Below are positions 54,541 through 64,000 of a stretch of 64,000 nucleotides of DNA, piece after piece. Below the pieces are notes generated by a model. The model was not told where the DNA came from and did not search any database. It worked only from the letters and a program-made list of their open reading frames with translations. Both the position numbers and the translations under genes were made by a program. The stretch comes from Octopus vulgaris. Taxonomy: Eukaryota. Where the stretch lies: the NCBI GenBank assembly GCA_951406725.2, contig OX597814.1, positions 90,148,001 through 90,212,000 on the forward strand. Direction: 5' to 3'. How positions within the stretch are numbered: the first letter of the stretch is position 1; each line of letters starts with the position of its first letter.

Positions 54541-55489
54541 ATATATATATATATATATTTACGTATGTGCGTGTGTGTGTGTGTGTATACGTGTATATAT
54601 ATAAATATATATATTTACACACACACACACACACACGCACATACACATATTTATGGATCTGTGTACGTGTGTGTGTGTACGTGTTTGTGTGTGTATGTGA
54701 GTTTTATATGATTGAGTATCAAGTTGCCAGATTGAAACTGCATCTAAAACTTGCTCGTTAGATATGAAACCGTGTGCAATTGACAGTACTTCAGCATATG
54801 TGTATTTTCCTGCATGCGCTTGTCCTCATTTTGTAACTATCAGTCTCTATAATAGCGTATTGTTAAAGCTGACTGAACATTCACGAAACATTTATGCCTG
54901 GTTTTGCACGGTTCTCCAGGTTACATCGATAATATTTGATTATTTTCCCTTCACACTCGAGATATACTGAAACTTCAGGTTATATTTCCTTTGTCCATGT
55001 ACATAACATGGAGTAGACATGTTAACGTCCATCACATAGAATTTATTCTGGTTTGATCAACAGAGTTGTTGTGTTTGGTATGTGATTTTGGCTGTACTCG
55101 AATTTCTTTGTTAGGTACATGTCATCGTTAATTTACCTGCATTGATATTAGATATTTGGCTTGTTTTTACTTGTGATAAATATACTATTAATTTTACTTA
55201 TGAAGGTCGCCGGGATTTTGTTACAGATACAATTACTTTTACGTTTGTGATTAGGTATTAGAGGCTATTGGATTAAAACCTTTGGGGGTTATTCCCGCTA
55301 TAAAATCAGCCCGAAGTTATTACGAGTGTAGTACTGTTTATATGTATAAGCCAATCTTATGACTGACAATTCTGATGACTTTTGATCCCGTAGATGCACC
55401 AAACGATTCGCAAGTGTTTTCCTTTATCCAGAATGCATTACTATGGAATACGCCAGAATTGTCTGTGCTTGTAATATTAATATCAATTT

Positions 55490-55625
55490 GTTGGCACAAG
55501 ACCAGTAATTTCGGGGAAGGGGTAAGCTCAACTGGTACTTATTTTATCACCCTGAAAGTCGACCTCGGAATATAAATTCAGAGTATAAAGACGGACGAAA
55601 TTTGCGCAAGTAGAACAATATTTAC
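55490..55625 (-). mobile_element. SINE family B, internally deleted
   Basis: ttggcacaag...ctcaactggtacttattttatc...aaagtcgacctcggaat...gacggacgaaat. Confidence 0.75.
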
Positions 55626-55835
55626 CTAGCTCACTCATTTCCCTACCTACATAAACAATCGTTTTTTGTTTTTCTCTTACATTTCTACCATAAAACCATA
55701 TTGTATACCCAATTTTACATAGCATAAAGATGGTATATTTATATTCTTTATGAATTAACTATCAACCTAGTTATATATTGAAACCACAAAGTCCTACTTA
55801 TGAAATGGACCTAAAATAATATAATCTTGACTACT

Positions 55836-56030
55836 CTTGGCATAAGGCCAGAAAATTTTGAGGCGGGGGTCAGTCAATTTGATCGACCCCAGTATGCAAC
55901 TGGTGCTTAATTTATCGACCTCGAAAGGTGAAGTCGACCTCGACGGAATTCGAATTCAGAACGTAAAGACAGATGAAATACCGCAAGCATTTCGCCCAGT
56001 GTGCTAACGTTTCTGCCATTTCACCGCCTT
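55836..56030 (-). mobile_element. SINE family B, near full-length
   Basis: Minus-strand head aaggcggtgaaatggcagaaacgttagcacactgggcgaaatgcttgcggtatttc; B-box-like gaattcgaattcc. Confidence 0.87.
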
Positions 56031-58623
56031 CCTAAAATAGTATAATGTATGTTAAAATCAATTCAGCAAAACTTCAAAATCACTGGCTGACATTTATGCA
56101 TATATATAAATACATGTATATACATATTCTTGCACACACACTCACACACATACACGCACGCACACAAACACTCGGGAGTGCCCATACAGAGGCACGTGCA
56201 CACACACAAACACTCGCATATGCACATACACACACGCGCGAATTCACGCACACACAAGATCGGAAAATGAATATAGACTTATGCAAGCTTTGAAAGAATA
56301 TATAAAATTAGGTGAAATATACATTGAAACTACTTTGATTCATACTTTCTTTATATCCCTTTGATATTGAGAGAAGGCATCTAATGTATAACACATTCAG
56401 ATAAAAAGAAGAATCAGGGCTTAGAAGAAATGATGCTTTGAAATGGTCATACATTGCGCAAACTTCGAATATGGCAACATCTTTAAAATTATCTTTCAAA
56501 AGCAAACGGAATATTTAAAATAAATATTGATTTAGCTGTATAAAATTTACGGCATGCCATGAAAGCCTGTATAAGATTTCTAAAGATATAAAATATTGTT
56601 GTAGCTGACATCATTTTATAGGAGACTCAATTACATGTGATGTCTATTTTATGTATTTCGCGTACTTTGAACTGATTATAATATTTCTCAATAGTCCACC
56701 AACAAGGAGTCTGAGAACCTGGTGTTGCTGTTCATGAAATCAAAAATAACTTTTGAAACGTTGAAAATGGTAGAAATACAATTGGCAGGGACATTCGGAT
56801 AAGGGTCACTACGAGAGTGTCTGTACTGTAACTGTCGAGATATAATTGATACGATCGATCCCATAACTAATGTTTGTCTCTCAATCAATCACAAATAAAA
56901 CAGAAGCGATCATACAGAGAGTGAGCCACGGGATCCTTTACCATAGTTGTTTATTTTCATATACTCAACATTGGGGTTGGTATAAAAGGTCGATTTATAT
57001 TGTACGAACAAATCTCTGTATGTGGCTTTCATATAAGTTTTAGCTTTTATGTCAGCTTCTCGTGATTTTGAGTTACAAGCTAAGAGGAGAGAGCGGGCCA
57101 CATCCAATCTGACACTGTGTGGTCTTCTGGACCTAGCCACGTATGTAACCGAGCTATAGCTTTAAATCTGTTCAAAGTTTTAAACTTTTGTGCAAAGGAA
57201 CAGGCTGCGATGGTTTCGATAATTCGGATGTTTGCACCCATTTTAGGAAAATGAATATTTGTTCAGTTTTTGCTAATAAAATAGTACTAAAATAAATAAA
57301 AACAAAGTTTGTGTGTGTGTGTGTTTGTGTTTCTGTCTGTCTGTTGGTGTATCGCATTCCGATTCCAGTGGTGTTGAGGATACGTTGCAAACTACTTGTT
57401 TCTGAAAACTCAGTCATATGAATGAGAGAAAATTGTATATTTACTGCTGTCTTATTTGAAGTCCCTAAAACCATGATTTTCATTCGGTTATCTATTCACC
57501 TGAAAAAACTATTTTCTCTATTCTAACAAAAACGTATGTTTGAAAGTCTATATAATGCTAATGGTAATATATGATTGTTTTCTTTTTCAGTTGAATGTTT
57601 ATCAATTCGATTAACATAATTTATTTCTGCAAGTCCTGTTTAATATTATTATTTGCACAAGCTCATTTATTCTCACAATCCATTCTACAATGATTATAAC
57701 TGTTGTGTTATACATCTAAATAGAGGCATGTCATCAATAATAAATACAGATTACATTTTCATACATTCACAAATGTTCAAACTTCCCTACAGCGTCTTAT
57801 CTTTCTAATTAACCTTATTCTAAAAGTTTATTACATTTACGTCAACCAATATCTTCTGATTAACTTCATAACGATAACTGAGTAGAGAAAGTTGTTTGCA
57901 GAACACATAACCGTTATATATTGAAATACGCCATATATCAAGGTTTGGGACATTCACAAAAGGAACAAAAACCCAACAAGAATTTCGTGTATTTTCTATT
58001 TCTTCATTAATATTCTACACATCAACTATATCTAGTATCGAAACGCAAAACTCTAGAAATATGAAATATTTATATCACATACAGATAGTTGTCAGATACA
58101 AAAATGTAAATAAAATGTCTCCGTCTTGGTTTATTTATTAGATGTAAAATTTGATTCTCCCATCTCTCTCAACAACATATTCAGAATTTTATTTCAATCA
58201 CCTTAACTTTCTGAATGTTGACCATTGCCACTAGCATCTTCTCTTTGTCTTCTTTATCAAAAGAGGTTTGTTTGAAATATTTTTGTTTATACTTTTCCTA
58301 TGAATGCAATGTACATATCCATGGTTTTCTGATATTGTTTTTATTATTACTTTTTTTCTTAATCATATGCAAAAAAGAAAAATGAGGGCATATTAGCTAC
58401 TGATTTTATAGCTTTTCATTTCTTGCACTTTTATTCTCAACATACTTTCCTCCTTATTCTTAAATTGTATTTTTAAGAGATTATCTTGTATTTTAGCAGC
58501 TAGGGAATACATCTTAAATTTCGGATCTGTCTGTGGTTTGCTATGTGAAGATATCACTAGCTATTCACCTAAACTTCATCCATTTCTGATGGAAAGAACT
58601 CACAACATAATGCACTGAATTCC

Positions 58624-58691
<68 letters not shown>

Positions 58692-60014
58692 GAATGAATG
58701 AGAAAAAGACACTTTCCTAGTAGTTCACTTGTAATTTATTTATCGAGCACGTAATTGAAAACGGCAAAGGTGTCATCATTGGAAGATGAACTCGAAGCGT
58801 AGAGAACGTGAACAAACATCCCGAAACATGGTTTCCGATTTTCTCATCACTCTTGTAACATGTTATGCAGATAGTCTATCATATTCATGCTGTGAAATTT
58901 AAACAATGAAGAAATATAGAACAATATGACAAAGCGATCATACGCCTAATAGTGAGGGCCTTAGAAATTTATCGGGACTATAATAATTCTACTTTTGCAA
59001 GAGACCCTTAAAATATAGTGAAGTCTGGGGGCCCCATTGGCTTCTCATTTTAGAATCCTTGTTCTTTTGATTATAGCTTGGGGAAAATGCAGGGACAAGG
59101 TGCCTTACATCCCGTCCTAAATTTGCATCATATGCAGGTGTATATCTGACTACAGTCCATGTCTGATGATGTGAGATATGTGCGTATGAAAACTTTTATG
59201 CTACATCCTAATTATAATTTTGTCCAAAACGTGGGTTTTCTCCTAACTTCTCAATACCATTGCGAGTTTATTGAATTTTCAAACAGACAGGAACACTAAA
59301 TATTCTTCAGTAGTGTGTCGATAACACCGTTTGCTTCTTGTTTAGGCATAAACAAATAAGCAACAGTGTTATTTTCAATCTGTTTAGAATTAATAAGTTG
59401 CTATACGACAAAATGAAATGTATACAAACAAACTCCGATTACAGACCAAATCGTTTATTATACACTCGGTCATGTTAAATTTTTTCTATAAAAAGAAAGT
59501 ATCTATTAAGGGAAAACCGGCATAATCTCTTATTATAATGTAAATATAAAAGGTAGATTTATTTATAAAACACCTAGTTGTACTACGTTTTTTATATATA
59601 TGTATATTTGGCGGGGTGAGTGTGTGAGTGTGCGTCTGTGTGTGTAGAATGTTGAAAAGTAACACACGAGTTGATATGTATAGGGAAAACAAGGCAAGGT
59701 AGAAAATGATAAAATAATTTTTATCATGATATCCATTTTGCGACGGTTAGTACTGTTTTCAGTATTTTATTACTTATTCAATCAAAAGTAAAACAAAGGT
59801 GGATACTAATTAAGAAGAACAACAATTAAATTGAAGAAACAAATTAAATGACATGTGTTGTAAATATTTCCATTGTCTTCAAATAGCACATTTTCCTTTT
59901 TTATGCCTGTCTGTCTGTCTGTCTCTGTTTGTGAAGACTCGACAGGTCGTAGGACGTCTGAAAAAATAGTGTTTATGGGTGCAGGGAAATATTTGATTCT
60001 GTATAAATATATAT

Positions 60015-61169
60015 ATTTTTTATTAGTTTCAGCTCAAAGCTGCGGCTATGCTGATGCACCGCCGTTTTGTGCTACACTGTTATTACTATGAGCATCCTCT
60101 AATATGTAGCACTTGGTGAAGAATGGAGTTTGATATAGCTACCCTCATTTGCACCTCTTGCCGTGAGGTAGGTTCATCTGGGCCTATCGACAGGAAGATG
60201 TCCAGCTTTGATTTAAAAGCCGCTACATCTACTTTGTGCAAGTTCCTCAGACTCTTTGGGAGAATATTAAAAAGCTGTGGGCCCTTGAAAACCAGGCTGT
60301 TGCAGTAGCTGGTCCTGAAGCGTGATGGCATTGCTGGGATCTTTCAGCACTGTGCAGTGTCGTCCCGTTCTAGCATTGGTGTAGCTTACAATGCCAAAAT
60401 TTAGCACACTTCCTTCCAGGATCTTCCAGACATATATTACTGCATACCTCTCCCGTCTAATCTCCAGGGAGTAGAGTCTTCGCTGTTTCAACCTTTCCCA
60501 GTAGCTGAGCTGTTACAAAGAGACGATCTTCTTAGTGAATCTTCTCTGGATTGCTTCAAGATCCGCTGTTAATTTCACACTGGTGGGTGACCATAGCTGT
60601 GAGCAGCAATCCAGGCGGCTGAGGACGAAAGTCCGCCAGTGGACTATCATGGCTTCCTTATCTCTGATTCTGAATGTTCTTAGGATCCATCAAGCCAGTC
60701 GTCTGCAGTTTGTCGCCATCCTGGTAATGAGCACTTGGAAAGAGGTATCATCACTCATGTCGATACCCAGGTCCCTCACAGACTTAGGCTCTGGGATTGA
60801 AATTCCCTGTGGACTGGTGTGCCCTGTCAGTTTAATATTCAGTTTTGGATGCTGGTAGCGCAGGGCCTGGAATTTTTCAGCATTAAACTGCATATTATTA
60901 TCCTCACCCCATCTGTAGATTGAGTCCAACTCCTGCTGCAGGTGTGCAACATCGCTGGGGTTCTGTATTTTCTACGAGACTTTCGTATCGTCTGCATAGC
61001 TTGCCAGAGTGGCTATCCGGGCATTTGAGGGCATATCTGAGAGGGCCACTATAAAAAGCAGTTATCCGAAGACAGTGCCCTGTGGAACACCGCTCAGTAT
61101 TTGTGTGTTCATAGATGTTGCTCCATTAACCACTACTGCCTGACTCCTATCTTTCAGGAAGTCATGTAT

Positions 61170-61171
<2 letters not shown>
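60015..61171 (-). mobile_element. 5'-truncated CR1/Jockey-group LINE (RT C-terminal half plus 3' UTR), cut at a (TA)n array
   Basis: WIHDFLKDRSQAVVVNG, SGVPQGTV, YADDTK, NMQFNAEKF, DLGI, LYSLEIRRERY, GPQLFNILP, FKSKLD; structured 3' end at 60025-60063. Confidence 0.92.
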
Positions 61172-61252
<81 letters not shown>

Positions 61253-62929
61253 CATACACACACACAAATGGGATCATTATATGAAATATGGAATGATTTT
61301 GGCAGAAGCATGTTATTTATAACATTTAAAACGTAGCAAGCGTCTACATTAAACCTTATTTTAAAGCTATATTACTTTTTTTCTGAATGCACAAATGACA
61401 TTTCAGCGTAAGTATGCCATTATGACTATCCCTATGTACGGTTTTCTTATATTAATTTTCCAGAATATTTGCATCAGGTTGATAGTTTTGCCAGATGAGA
61501 TTTCTTTTCCATAACAATTCAATATAATAAAATTTCTAATAAAATATAACTTGGCACGTTATATATGAAAAGAAATTGAACAAAAAAATTTGAGATAAAT
61601 TCAATATTAGTTCTTTTTCAGAACTTTTTAAAAGATTTCATATTCTGCACTGCTGTGAACTTAATGCTAAAAACTATAAACATCCATCATATTTTTCGCA
61701 ATGTCTCTTTATGATATGTGTCAATATACTTTCTGCGTTAAGCTGTAGCATAACTGCATAGTACTGAGTATGTGTATCTGTGTGTGTGCTTTATTCTTTT
61801 GCATTATATAAATTTATGATATTTAAAATAATTCTTTGTCTCGATTTCCTTCCTTTTTTTTATCACAAATGTCAAACCTCCCCGGTTGGCGATGGAAAGC
61901 CGGGTAAATTTTCTTGTATTGTGTACAATGTATTTACACAAGAAGATTAACGTCATATGCACCAAAGGAATGCAATATCAATGTCAGTCATTTGCCATTC
62001 TGGTTTTTAATATGTTCTCATTATTGCTCCTTTAAGATTTTTCTTATCGCACACTATCCGAATTTCATGCATAAATATTCATTTCTCTTTTAAATACCAA
62101 AATCTTCACTTACAAAAGTTGTTTCATAAATCTGTACCATATATGCATATTGACTAATACAGACACTCAGCTATACACACTATATAAGATAAGAGACAAA
62201 TTACGGTGTCTGAGTTGTTTCAAGAATAGTATTGGTGAAAATGTTTACAAGGACGACTTACTGAATGTAATCCTTGAATTATTAAAGAACAGATAGGCCA
62301 CGCATAGAACACTGTACATCATATGTCTGCTCGATAATGAAAAAAAACAGAGGCTATACCAACATCGTACTGGTCTTTATATTGTAGCAAGATATGATAA
62401 ACGCAACAGGTAACAGATACATACTAATTTGCACACACACATACTAGTAGAAATAGAGAGAGAGAGAGAGCGAGAGGGATATATATAAAGAGAAAGAGAG
62501 ATAAAGAAAGAGAGAGAGAAGGAGAGATTGCTTAGTGATTGCTCAAATTGATATAAATATCTATAAAATCATACACAAACCCAACCAAATAAATCGTTTT
62601 CGAATTCTAGTTTCTTGTTTTTAAAAAAGATGATATAGTGGACATTACCTTATCTTATTTCTTAAATTTGAATGGTTTTTACATCGAATGGTACCATTTT
62701 CTACGTATTTATGTAGGACGTAACATACATAGAGGTTAGATTTGGAAAGACACGTAGTCGCTCACAAGTGACAAAGGACTTAGCAGTTACAAGTAACCAA
62801 CTTAATGAATTTACTAGCTATATCTGTTCGTACTCGTGACTACGAAGGCAATTCGAGAAAGCGTCCAAATTTCCAGGCTATATTTCCTTCTGAGTGACTG
62901 CTAAGCTTTGTATGTATATGAGCCCGTGT

Positions 62930-63885
62930 AATCGCTTTTCAGTAGCCAATTTTATGCAATTGATTTTTGGTGAAAGAGAGAGTTCGATATAACTGCATGC
63001 CTTTGAGTTTCTTGCTGTAATATAGGTTCATCTGGGAACTTGGACAGTAGGAGATCAAATTGTTCCTTGAAAATATGTACTCCTTACGCCATGGAGATCT
63101 AAATGTTTTTGCAAGGCATTAAATAACTGCTGGCCCTTGAATCTAATCTACTGCAGTACACAGTCCTCAATCTAGCGGGGATAGCTGAAACGTTTGGAAC
63201 AGTACAGTGACATCCAGTTCAGAAATTAGCATAGCTCTTGATGCCAAAGTTTAATATCAACCCCTCCAGGATCTTATATATGTATATCACTACATACCTC
63301 TCGCGTCTACACACCAGGGAGTGAAGTCGTAGCTCTTTCAGATAAATCCAGTAGCTCAGCAGTTCCATTGATACAATCTTCCTGATGTAGCAGCACTGAA
63401 CTGCCTCAAGTTCCGCTATTAATTTGACATTGTGTGGTGACCAAGGTTAAGAGCAGTAGTCCAGAACGGCTGAGAACAAATATCCTCAATAGCACTGACA
63501 TATTAATGGTCCCTTGTTGTGAGAGTCCTGAAAATCCATAGGGCCATTCGCCTGCAAATTACCATCATGGTAATATGTACGTGAAACGAGTCGTCGTTGC
63601 TCGTATCAATCTCCAGATCATGCAGTCTACTTAACTCTTTATTGTCACTCCTTTGTACGCAAAGTATCGTTGTTGCGGCATGTGAAAACTAGCTAGCTGA
63701 TAGGAGATTGCTCGGAATTTACTTGCATTAAATTGCATGGGTTTTTCTTCAGCCCATTTATCATCAAGATAGTTCTGTAGAAGATTAGCATCGGTGTGTC
63801 CCTTGACCGCTCGTACATAATCTGTGACGTCGGCATACCGAGTAAACATGACTGAAGGCATGTCTGAAAGAGCCACTTTAAACAT
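62930..63885 (-). mobile_element. Older 5'-truncated copy of a related LINE RT
   Basis: VALSDMP..RYADVT, MQFNASKF, and co-linear nucleotide similarity to 60100-61050. Confidence 0.87.
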
Positions 63886-63964
63886 ACAAACACAAATACT
63901 TATATGTATGGTTGAAGGTATGTATATTTCCCCTTATAACAGTGATATATACATACATGCATAC

Positions 63965-64000
<36 letters not shown>

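Overview
AT-rich, microsatellite-saturated eukaryotic DNA. The SINE families, Dong/R4 LINEs in (TAA)n and huge (TA)n arrays point to an octopus (coleoid cephalopod) genome; this is an inference. Most of the window is intronic or intergenic. It is filled with decayed transposons: HERO-like and R4/Dong RLE-LINEs, CR1/Jockey-group and RTE LINE pieces, a near full-length DD37D (maT) Tc1/mariner element, a mariner remnant, a Tigger-like MITE, two tRNA-derived SINE families and several Penelope-like (PLE) remnants. No intact multi-exon gene can be assembled. The best host-gene signal is a GC-rich, start-codon-bearing exon on the minus strand (52790-52955), with a possible recursive splice site at 23570/23571. 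The most striking structure is a nearly perfect 361-bp palindrome (38517-38877) carrying two outward-pointing minimal type I hammerhead ribozymes. Further intact or decayed hammerheads sit in PLE-derived inverted repeats at about 17.4, 50.4, 51.1 and 54.4 kb. Most ORFs in the supplied track are microsatellite artefacts. All family calls come from reading motifs by eye; no database search was run.
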